Source of the DNA: Obrimoposthia wandeli
Taxonomy: Eukaryota
Direction: 5' to 3'
Assembly (NCBI GenBank): GCA_977020255.1
Contig: CDROCS010002607.1
Location: forward strand, 1-64,000
DNA length: 64,000 nucleotides
Below, in pieces: positions 13,301 through 25,300 of the stretch. Within the stretch, counting starts at the first letter, position 1, and every line of letters starts with the position of its first letter. The translations under genes and the position numbers were made by a program. Below the pieces are notes generated by a model that was given only the letters and a program-made list of their open reading frames with translations, did no database searches and was not told where the DNA came from.

Positions 13301-16300
13301 AACTTCAATATATTTATCATCAATAATTCTCTTAATGATTATGAGATGAAGAAAGACCTGAAACTGCAGAATATAGAAGATTAAGAAGCAATGAAAGCAA
13401 GACTCAAGATTAGAACAAAGAAGGAAAAAAATAATGACTGAATATACTAATTAATATTTAATAAATATTATAATGCAAAAATATCTACAAATCACGATTT
13501 TTATAAATATATAATTTTAGAAGATAAATTAATGTTTACTTTTAATAATTTAGTATGGTTTAATCATATTTTATTGGTATTCTTAATATATATAAATATA
13601 ATTTGATGTAGTCAAATCGCAAATACAAGGTGGCTTGAAACAAGATATATTTTGAATTCTGCTGTTTCACGGATTGGAGAATATTCAAACACAACCTCAA
13701 ACCAACATTTAATACGTTAATGAAAAATCTGTATGATATTTTTAATCGCAACAGAAAAATTGAACTGCAATTGCAAGTCACATATAACAAATCGTTTTCA
13801 ATAAACGATAAAAAGGAAATTGATTACATGTCTAGCGCAAAGTATTTTGAAACAACAAACAAAGAAAGTAAACAATGTTTCAGTATCTGAAGTTTATAAC
13901 TGCTTTTTTCTCGTTATTAGCAGGAAATTACCAAATGTAAATTTCTAGAAGGAAATAATCCCAAAGTTTACTCTTCAATTACATTCATATTAATTTCATA
14001 GTTTAATAATGTTTAGTTATTTATTTGATAAAAATTAGTTTCTGACAATTATAAATACATACTCGCTATTAAAAAGTTCTTAGTTGGGTTATCGGAGGAA
14101 ATTTCGAGCCACGATAGTTCAGTGTTTTAATGCGCGACTTCTAAACAGAGAGGCACCAGGTTCAATTTCCGGCCGTGACAACTAGTTTACTCTTGAATCT
14201 ACCAGTAATATTCAATTGACGAAGAATTTATGCTTAATGTTTGCTAAATATATTTATTAAAAGAGATAATCAGTAACAAACTATTCAAAAGTCTTGTTTT
14301 AAAATATTTCAAATGATTTGCTTGTTCCTGATTTTAAATAAGATTAATATAATTTGGAGAATATGAACATAAAATAAATTATTTTTAAAGTTAAAATATT
14401 TGTTTAGAAAATAAATGTTACTAAAATGAATTTGTATTTAAAAATATTTGAAAATTCTTATATGTTAACTTTAATTGTATTTATATGAAAAATTAATGCA
14501 ACCCACATACATAATTTTAGAAAATAATTCTTCAAAAACAAAATAAACAAAAATAATTTAATCGTTTATTTCGATTTTTACCATATATAAAAAATAAATT
14601 ATGAAAATGATATTTTACAAATATTTACCATTATTTACAATTGTTTATTTATATTTCCACAGTTCCCAGTTTCAAATATTCCTTTGCAAGACCAACCTTT
14701 GTTAAGAACCGATCATAGAGATTTTTATATCAAAACCCGAATTTCACACACATATTATGTATATTGTGACCCAACTAACAAGAAAGTTTTCAAAATGTGG
14801 AAATCAGAGTTTTATTATATTGAAAATTTTATTTATTTATCCTGAAACCATTTTAAAAATATGTGCTCCCCACTTTTGTTTAATATATATATTTAAACAT
14901 CTTTACTAACCAACAACGTTACTGCTTTAATTATTTTTATTTTATCATGGTTTTCAAATATTAAAATTCAGGAATCCCTTGGCAACGCAGCATTTAAACA
15001 ATAGTCTTTTGTACAAATTCTAGTATTTTGTTTGAGTTACATTTAAAGACTTCTGGGCGTTGTGTGTCTCGCAGAAACTCGTTAAAGAGTCTAGGGCCGA
15101 GGTGCTCACTCTCGGCCTGACCTCCAACATTGCCAAAGCTCCTGGAAACGCCAAAAAGAACCAATACATCAACATTGTACCGTGTGAGTTCATTTTCAGG
15201 GTAACCCTGTTTATCAACTTCAACTTCAACCTGGAAATCTCAACAGGAATACTCCATATATCTGTTGATTTTCTGTTGATTTATAAAATTGTAATGAGAA
15301 CATCAAATAACATCATCAAAATGGAAAATATTTAATCTGGAACCGGAGTCAATTTTATTGATCCAGCTAAATTAATTTTTGTAACCCTTTGACGCATGTT
15401 GTTCCATTTAGAGGACTCCAGTAATGAGACAAATATTTGATCGTTGGAAACGCTATCTTCATTATCGATTTTTTGGGCATTTAAAATATGATGTGTTTCA
15501 TCTTTCACAATTACAACGACGGACCTTTATTCGAAGGTATTACAATTTGACCATTTCTCATCTCCAAACATTCTATACACCTATTTATATTTGTTGATAT
15601 CTAAGTAAAACCTGTAGTGATGTGAGGATTTGATAGTTCTTTAAATAAAAGGTTTAATATTTTTTTCTCTCAGGATAATTAAAGATTGTCTTTGAAGTAG
15701 TTAAGCTTACGTAGACGTCAAGAGTGACCTTGCACAAATAGCTTATTTGTTGTCATTTCGCCAGCGTTATTTTGAATTTAACTTTGACCGAATAAATCTA
15801 AGGAATTACACAGATCCTCTGAGGGGAGTAAGAACCCATTTTTGAAACCGGTCTATCTTAGAAACTTGGCTCAAAATTCGGCCTATAGCTACTGAAAATC
15901 GAGCTATTGAGTTGTGATGTTCTCGGGATTCGTCGCCTTTGATTTCCCCATTTGACATCAAAATTATAACAGCATTTAAAAATGAAGTTTTACAATCATC
16001 GAAATTCTAAATAACCGCACCCAAAAAACCTTGAGCCATAATTCAAAATTTCCTAACCTACAATTAAAAACGTTATTTACAATGCAATCGTAGTTTACAG
16101 AAATAATCTAAAATAATAATAATTTAATAGTTTCTCAGAATTATAATAAATTATTTCAATTTTTTAGCCATGAAACGATCTTCAGAAATTAAGAGCGATT
16201 GAACTGGAAATGGAAACGGAAAGCTGGGACAGAACTAACTCTAATGATCAGAAGATTCTGAGACAAGCTAAAAGGTCTCGTAAAGCAATAAATAGAAAGA

Positions 16301-19300
16301 TGCTCTTAAGCATAGAAATGCGATCAAGAAGTGTTTCGGTCTCTATAAAATTAGCTAAAGAATTAGGATATGAATTTCTCAGGAGCACAATCTTGGTGCA
16401 CCAGATTCATGAAAAGAAATAATTTTTCGATTCGAACAAAACCACTTTCCCAACGACATTCTGAATTTTGTCATACGAAAATCTAGTGCATCTTTAATAT
16501 GGACGAAGTACCTAGATATGCCAGCTAATCGCACCATTGAACAGATTGAGCTAATTCAGTTCCAGTTTTGTACTCCTGTTCTTCAAGATTCAAGTTGCCA
16601 CCAATGGTAATTTTAAGATACCCAAAGAGCGAATGAATGGATGGACGAGAAATTAATGAGGGCATCCCAGGTCTTCCACACATCAACCTCAATGCTTGTC
16701 GTGATTCTGCGTGCCCATCACTAACTTCTTCACTTTCAATTTTACAGACTCTAAATTCCCAATAAATATTAAATAACAAACAGGCATTCAGAACAGACAT
16801 TCTTGTGCTAGTAGGGCAGTGAGAATGAATGAACCAGTTTTTATCGGAGAAATGGAGATAGAGCGATGTTCTAATAACTCCCCGGCGTCTGCAGACGACA
16901 GCAACCTCGTGACCATCAAGTCCGGTAAGAATTCCCAGCAGAACTACATCAACGCGAGCTTCATCCCATTCGTGTCGCCGGCGGGAGAACAGGGGACACG
17001 CGAGAGCAGCACCCCGGAGTACCTGGCCTGTCAGGGTCCCATCGAGGACAGCATCGACGATTTCTGGCAAATGATCTGGGAGCAGCAAGTCACCTGCATC
17101 GTCATGCTCACCAGGTCTGCCTCTTTCTGTCGTCTTTCTATCCCCACCAAATCACCAAATGGATCAGGGCGGGAAAGTTAATAAATATTCCTAAATATGT
17201 AACAAAAAATTCTGATAATATTTAAAAAGGGTTTTACGATTTTTTAAAAGCTTTTCTTTTGCTTACGCCGGTCAATACATTTTCTGGCACAATTTGTTTC
17301 AATATAGTTTAGCTAAATTTGCTGTGCTTCAGTTTAGCATCACTTTTCGTCTATTACATAAGATTTTTGAGACTTGAACTTTTGGATCTTTGCAGGAAAG
17401 TGCACTTTTATGCTCCTAATAGGAGAAATGAACATAAATGGAAACATAATTTAAAGCGTCGTTACGCAAAGTTGTAGGAGTGAATGCACATTAGCATGTA
17501 CGAATCAAGTGTGAAGATAGCAAATATGTCCAACACGTCTATTTACTGTGGCCTGTATCAATGTTCTCTTCTTTGTCAATCTTTGATGCACATCTATGGA
17601 ATGTCCCTCGTCAAATCCCACTGACCTTGGTAATGTTCTTCCGTTACTTGATTGTATTGACCAACACGTTCACTTTACTCCTCGCTCACACCACCCAGAT
17701 TATCTGTTGGAGCACAACAAACGTGATTGGATGAAAATTTGTGTTGGCACCGTGCTGGTAACGATGCTCGAAGTTGGTGGTGTTGATGTTATTGACCAGT
17801 AGAGTGAGATATGGATTGCTGCTGGAGTGGTTGAGTGGCTGCTGTTGCTGGCGATTGTCGGACTGGCAGTGGTCGTTGAATTTGATGTGCTTGTTTCTTC
17901 GTGATTGGATGATAAAGTTGTGTTGGCGCAGTGTTGCAACTTGAGGAATCGGTACTGGATGTTGCTGTAAGCTGAGGCTGGTTGGATTCTGATAGTTGTA
18001 GAGGCATTCAGATGTTGAGTTGTATTTATGAATGAAGTTACGACGAATGTGAATCAGTGGTGATGGAAATGATAACAGGTCAGTGTTGCAGCTGACGGAG
18101 GCCCCAGTCGCAGAGATTGCAGTTGCGATTTGGTGCTGTTATGCTGGATCGATAAGACTGGTTATTGCGAGCTGAATCGATACTTTTGTTGTCAGGGTTG
18201 TTTGTTTCGTGTTCGACGGTTGCGGTTTGTAGGTTGAAAGTTGAATATTTGAGAGACGATATTGGCGGGAATGGTGCATCTTCTTTGCTGCTGCCACCAA
18301 TGTTGTAGGAGGGTGTAGTTGAGGGACTGAGAAGTGAGAACTACCAGGTAGTCGCGATTTATTTCGTAATCTTCAAAACATTTCAATTTCAGAATAAAAA
18401 ACCGCAACTCATTAACACTCACATGACACATAAAGATGCGTGCCACAGCGTAAGATCTGGTAAATATTCATTTTATTTTCATTAAAAGTTAATTAAAATG
18501 CAAAATGCGTCGAGGTCTGCCGCAAGCCCGATCCGAAGTTGTGCCACAAACGAGATTATGCCGGCTGGTGCCATTGGGAACGAACGATTCGCACATGTCG
18601 ACTCATATTTGACACGCATGCAAGATAGCAAGCAATTGTTTGCTCGCTCGCCGTGGCTTACCGGGGACTACAGGGCCGTGTACAGCAGGGGTGAGCCAGC
18701 GCGCCTCAGATCGTAGGACGGGCACATTGACAACCGAGACTGGGAACTGAGGAACTGGGCAAGGGAGGAACTTGGGAAGCTCAATCTATCTCCCATAAGG
18801 CCAGGAATTATGGATTGTACCACTGAGGAGAAGATGGGGCTTGGTGAGTGCGCTAGTGAGGTGGTGCTGCTGTTGTTGGGAGTTGGGATCGTGCCACTTG
18901 CAAAATGAATTGTCTGAGACAGCAGGAACTGGGCAAGGGAGGAACTTGGGAAAGCTCAATCTATCTCCCATTAAGGCCAGGAATTATGGATTGTACCACT
19001 GAGGAGAAGATGGGGCTTGGTGAGTGCGCTAGTGAGGTGGTGCTGCTGTTGTTGGGAGTTGGGATCGTGCCACTTGCAAAATGAATTGTCTGAGACAGCA
19101 GGAACTGGGCAAGGGAGGAACTTGGGAAGCTCAATCTTTCTCCCATTAAGGCCAGGAATTATGGATTGTACCACTGAGGAGAAGATGGGGCTTGGTGAGT
19201 GCGCTAGTGAGGTGGTGCTGCTGTTGTTGGGAGTTGGGATCGTGCCACTTGCAAAATGAATTGTCTGAGACAGCAGGAACTGGGCAAGGGAGGAACTTGG

Positions 19301-22300
19301 GAAGCTCAATCTTTCTCCCATTAAGTTCAGGAATTCCTCCGAAAGATTCATGATCTCACCGGGATCGGAAGCTCCAGATCTAGTCATAGATATTATCCAC
19401 TCCTACAAAAGGTCGAGCCCATATCCCTCTTGCTGTTCTAGTTGCCCATGGCCAGGTTAGAGAACCTAGCTGGTTAGAGAGCCTAGCTGGTTAGAGAGCC
19501 TAGCTGGTTAGAGAGCCTAGCTGGTTAGAGAGCCTTGCTGGTTAGAGAGCCTAGCTGATTAGAGAGCCTAGCTGATTAGAGAGCCTAGCTGGTTAGAGAG
19601 CCTAGCTGGTTAGAGAGCCTTGCTGGTTAGAGAGCCTAGCTGGTTAGAGAGCCTAGCTGGTTAGAGAGCCTAGCTGATTAGAGAGCCTAGCTAGTTAGTA
19701 GGTGGATGTGTCCGGTCTTATCCACAACCCCCTCCCCCTACTGTCCTTTAAAACCGTGCATGTGAGTAGGTGGATGTGTCCGGTCTAATTCATTTCCTTG
19801 TTCCTGCATGTGTGTGGAGTGAAATTTCACTCCACACACATGCACGGTTTTAAAGGACAAGGGGGGAGGTCCCCCCTAACAATTTTTCGCGCCTATTGGC
19901 GCGACAAGCTCGGGACTGATATATGTCACAGACTAGCTTGGCGATGTACGAATGTCTCGCTCTCATATATGTCACAGACTAGCTTGGGTGATGGGCGAAT
20001 GTCTCGCTCTCGTGTATATCACTAACTACCTCGGGTGATGGGTGAAAGTCGACGGGTGTTGGATGGAAACACCCAACCGACCACCACCCACCCCTTCGGG
20101 GCGGGCTCTATTTTCACGAAAATAACAACGATGGGTGATGGGTGAAAGTCGACGGGTGAAAGTCGGTGGGCGTTAGGCTGGTGGTGGTTCACCACCAACA
20201 CCACACCACACCACACCACACCACACCACACCACACCACACCACACCACACCACACCACACCACACCACACCACACCACCACACCACACCACACCNNNNN
20301 NNNNNNNNNNNNNNNNNNNNNNNNNNNNNNNNNNNNNNNNNNNNNNNNNNNNNNNNNNNNNNNNNNNNNNNNNNNNNNNNNNNNNNNNNNNNNNNNNNNN
20401 NNNNNNNNNNNNNNNNNNNNNNNNNNNNNNNNNNNNNNNNNNNNNNNNNNNNNNNNNNNNNNNNNNNNNNNNNNNNNNNNNNNNNNNNNNNNNNNNNNNN
20501 NNNNNNNNNNNNNNNNNNNNNNNNNNNNNNNNNNNNNNNNNNNNNNNNNNNNNNNNNNNNNNNNNNNNNNNNNNNNNNNNNNNNNNNNNNNNNNNNNNNN
20601 NNNNNNNNNNNNNNNNNNNNNNNNNNNNNNNNNNNNNNNNNNNNNNNNNNNNNNNNNNNNNNNNNNNNNNNNNNNNNNNNNNNNNNNNNNNNNNNNNNNN
20701 NNNNNNNNNNNNNNNNNNNNNNNNNNNNNNNNNNNNNNNCCGCCCGGAACACTTTTTAACTTGTAAAAGTCTCCATCGAATTTGCTCGTGGCCAAATTAC
20801 GTTTTCTAGAATTCTTCTCAAACACAAAGTTTAGACTAAAGCTTATAGCACGATGCACTCCAAACTTTAAGTAGAATTGAAGAAGCCGCCAATAGTAATC
20901 CCGCCAAACTAGGTAGGTGAATACTCTCATACTGGTCGTACAATGCTAGAATTGACTCAAAATCAGCATACACCCTGAATTCCACGGGTATGCATTTTGC
21001 TCAATCTCTGAATTTTAAATCCTTATAGCGTATTTTCATCAGGATTCAGTGTACATAATGTCAGATGTTTACTGTAAGAGAGCTAAAATGCAAACATCTA
21101 TGACACCACTTACACCTTATCCTAACCGGTAAGGCTCCATTATCTAAATTTAGAAGACGATATAAATTGGGAATTGCAGCATAATGGAATTTATTATTCT
21201 GTTCCCTCACAACTACATCAACGCGAGCTTCATCCCATTCGTGTCGCCGGCGGGAGAACAGGGGACACGCGAGAGCAGCACCCCGGAGTACCTGGCCTGT
21301 CAGGGTCCCATCGAGGACAGCATCGACGATTTCTGGCACATGATCTGGGAGCAGCAAGTCACCTGCATCGTCATGCTCACCAGGTCTGCCTCTTTCTGTC
21401 GTCTTTCTATCCCCAACAAATCACCAAATGGATCAGGGCGGGAAAGTTAATTGAAATGTGTAAATGCTTCAACCAAAAATGGAACTTGGTACATCCGAAG
21501 TATCCTAAAATTGATGAAAAATTTATAAAACGACAATGGCAGCCGTTTGTTTATGGTTGTTTATTACAAATTCAAACAAAACGAAAAGCTGAACCATAGC
21601 AGCGGGAACCATGGCAACATTTGGATATCGGGAGAGATGATTATGTGTTCAATACAATGAACGTACGGCATCGTTTTTTCTCCGTAATCTAGAGTCTCAC
21701 ACAATGCGCAGCAATATTCACCTTCTCGGCATTTTTTGGGATAAACATTTTGGCGCGGATATGGAAACCAACAACATTATTAATATCAGACAAAATGAGA
21801 AATTAAATATACAATGTGAACAATTACTCAGCTTATACTTTCCTCTGAATCACTTTTCTTTCCATCTCCTTCCAATGTCGCAGATCGAGAAGTCGGCAAT
21901 TTGTTAGTCTCGTCAGTCTTAAGGTGCCTGCTAGAATCGCTGTGTCCATCAGCCCGATGCCGTTTGTACAGCGAAATTGTCTGCTAAGGCAGCAGTGGAC
22001 GATCCCCATGACCAAGGACGCTCTAATCCCATAAACACCAATTGTATTTCTTCCCATATTCGACCAGATATTTACCTTGACTTGAAATTGTAATTTTGAA
22101 AGAAGTGTGCTATCTTTATCTCAATTGCAGCATGATGTGAACAAACGATGTTCTTCGCGAGTTTTCTTGGTTTTGAAATAATTGTGAAAGTCAGTTTTTA
22201 TTTTAGAAAGCCGCTATTGAGTGTTCCTCAAACAAGACATCTTTAAATTGCCGATCAACATTGAATATCCCCAAAATGGCGACGACTGCCAGGCTTACTC

Positions 22301-25300
22301 ACACGGAACTTAGGGTCACTCAGTGCATTACCCAAAACTTTCATGTTTAGTCAGTGTCACTCATTTATTTTCGTCACAATGAATCTTTCCGATTCTCTTG
22401 GTGTGGTTCTTGGGCATTGGGTTTTGTAGGTGCTACTCTACTTTAAGCAACTTCACCATTGTCACAGGGTTGAATGTGAATATATATGCGATTATCTGTT
22501 GAGCCGCTCGATAAACAACGACATACGTGCAGTTAAACACGCTGTTCTTCATTGCTTCCTGAAAACTGCATTCGTCGCTCTGTTGTCAGATGTCTCATAA
22601 AACATGGGGGCTTCTTTAGATGCAGTCGCGCTCATTTTCATATATTACCCAGACATCGATTTGTATGCTAAAGTCTACACAGTGAAATTATCTACACAAC
22701 TCGTGCAAAGATCCAATTGTCTTGCATTCACATGAGAGCTCGAGTTTATTGCAATGTTTCTTCTCAGAGAAAGATGCGATTTTTATTCTGGTTGTCTAAC
22801 AACGATTAATAGACTTTACAAATCATATAATATTACTTTTTAAAAAACATTGTTTTTGTTGAAAAATTAGAAATGATTGAACCATAAAGCCTAGTTAAAT
22901 TGAAACGTATTGAATTTACAAAGGAAAAGTGTTTGTACTGTGGGCTATATATTCATAAAATATCAGTAAAAGCCTTGCAAAGCTCAAGTCAGACCCCCAC
23001 GCATTTGTGTGTATATGTAGGTTAATTAAGTTAAATGGATCTTTTTAGTCAAGTTACCGTACTAGCAGCTGTATTAAGAGGTAGAAGTATAAGAATTAAT
23101 CAGAATATACCATTTTACATAAAAAGATTTTAAAAATAAAAACTTTTAAATAAAAAAAGGTAAGGGGTATTTTCTTTCTTTGACCTAAGCACTTCGTAAA
23201 TTCCAACTATTGGATAAACAATTCATAACCGGATATCCTTCAGTAGAGCTCGAAAAACTTGGCGTAAACAATGGTCGACGTTGCAACATGCTAAATTACC
23301 ACATCTAGACGAACTTACCCTAATTATACAATGCAGCGGCGATAGATATGGTCGACAATTATGCAAACTTTATAAATAAAACACAGGAATGCTATCCAGA
23401 CGATATTGTTGCTACATCCGTACAAGTTGTCATATGCCGATGTTGTAGTGACAACGGATAGATTGTTGTGATCTACTACTCGACTTGAACTCCTTCATTC
23501 CCATTTATGTAGCCAAGGGAATTTGCTTCCAAGTTTTTGAAACTGTAGATACTCATCTTCCTTTCCTTCGAAGATCCACTACCTACTTCTTTATCTCGAC
23601 TTCCAATTCAGTTCAGTAACTATTCTTTTTTCTCGGGTCCTTTAATGGTTGTCCTTCATTCAACATTTCCTTATGTTTCCCCATCCTTGAAATCTGCTCT
23701 CCCCACCATTTTATATTTATGTTGTCTTAACTTCAGCAAGTCTTACCATTTCCAGCTTCCTGCTCTGTATAACATTGTCTGGTCGTTTATTATCCATATG
23801 GCTGTGAAACGGGACTGATAATTCATATGTTATTTTGAAATAACTTCAATGATTAAATTAATAAAAATCCTTTTTAGAAAAGATGATATTTTGTTATTGC
23901 GCGTTATATATCGTATCAGCAAGTCACAAACACAAAATTTTAGGGTATTACAAATGTTGTAAGGAAAAAATATAACATTTCTCTCAAGTGTGGAAATAAT
24001 TTTATTATTTTACAATCTTATTGAACTATTTTCCATTGATGCATTTAACAAATCCAAACTGTGGCAAGAGTTCATTTATCTTCATCGTATTACTTGTAGA
24101 AATACCAACTTACAATTTTTTCTACGTTGAAAAAAGCTGTTCCATCTAAATCCAGTTAGATATTTTCGTTATTGATTAATAATACAGAAAAACTCCATAA
24201 TTTGATCTCTGCTTGAACCTACTTCTGAAATGTTTTAATATGGTAACTACGCTCTCTAATTTATTCCTTTTTATAAATAAAAATTAAAGAGAATAATGCA
24301 AGATCTAAAATTTAAAGACATGTAAAATTATAAAGTTATCATTAATAAATTGTTTTGTTGTTTTGGATATTTTAGGCGGACAATTTTTTTTAAAATTTAT
24401 TAATATATTGTGTATGGTATATAATTCATTCAAAAAGAAATACATGTTACCATAGTAAAAGAATAAATTAAGAAAATCGAGAAACAAATTGAAAAAATGA
24501 GAATTTTTTTCTACATCATCAGTAAATACCCCTTGGAAATATAGAAATAAGTCCCTAAAGTCAAAGAGAGGTCAAAGTTCAAAACAGACAAAATAAGGGC
24601 TGTCATTATCGAGGGATATATTGACTACTTCAATGGGAAAGGTATAAAAGAAGGGCTGTCATTATCGAGGGATATGTTGACTACTGCAATGGGAAAGGTA
24701 CAAAAGAAGGGCTGTCATTATCGAGATATGTTGACTACTTCAATGGGAAAGGTACAAAAGAAGGGCTGTCAATATCGAGGGATATGTTGACTACTTCAAT
24801 AGGAAAGGTACAAAAGAAGGGCTGTCATTATCGAGAGATATGTTGACTTCTTCAATGGGAAAGGTACAAAAGAAGGGCTGTCATTATCGAGAGGTATGTT
24901 GACTTCTTCAATGGGAAAGGTACAAAAGAAGGGCTGTCTTTATCGAGGGATATGTTGACTTCTTCAATGGGAAAAGTACAAATGAAGGGCTGTCATTATC
25001 GAGGGATATGTTGACTACTTCAATAGGAAAGGTACAAAAGAAGGGCTGTCATTATCGAGGGATATGTTGACTACTTCAATGGGAAAGGTGAAAAAAAAGG
25101 GCTGACATTATCGAGGGATATGTTGACTTCTTCAATGGGAAAGGTACAAAAGAAGGGCTGTCATTATCGAGGGATATGTTAGTAGGTGGATGTGTCCGGT
25201 CTAATCCACACCCCCTCCCCCATTGTTCTTTAAAACCGTGCATGTGTGTGGAGTGAAATTTCGTGTAGGTGTGTGGAGTGAAATTTCACTCCACACACAT

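Noticed and set aside
14108-14180. Functional tRNA-Arg(TCT), and tRNA-Cys at 3640-3712
   Set aside because: Anticodon stems do not pair and acceptor stems are mismatched; treated as SINE heads or pseudogenes.
16525-17088. Minus-strand ORFs of 187 aa and 98 aa (21061-21357)
   Set aside because: Antisense shadows of the GC-rich PTP exon and its duplicate.
20022-20930. Long ORFs with HTTP or WCGVV repeats (also 25369-25800 and 40285-40745)
   Set aside because: They are translations of the (CACCA)n TIR microsatellite and of N gaps.
21480-24300. Possible transposon relics between the exon duplicate and the satellite
   Set aside because: GC-richer patches are present but I recognised no diagnostic motif.
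24597-25180. 56-bp repeat array as a CRISPR array
   Set aside because: Units are contiguous with no unique spacers, there are no cas genes, and the context is a eukaryotic intron. The same applies to the 47-bp and 17-bp arrays.
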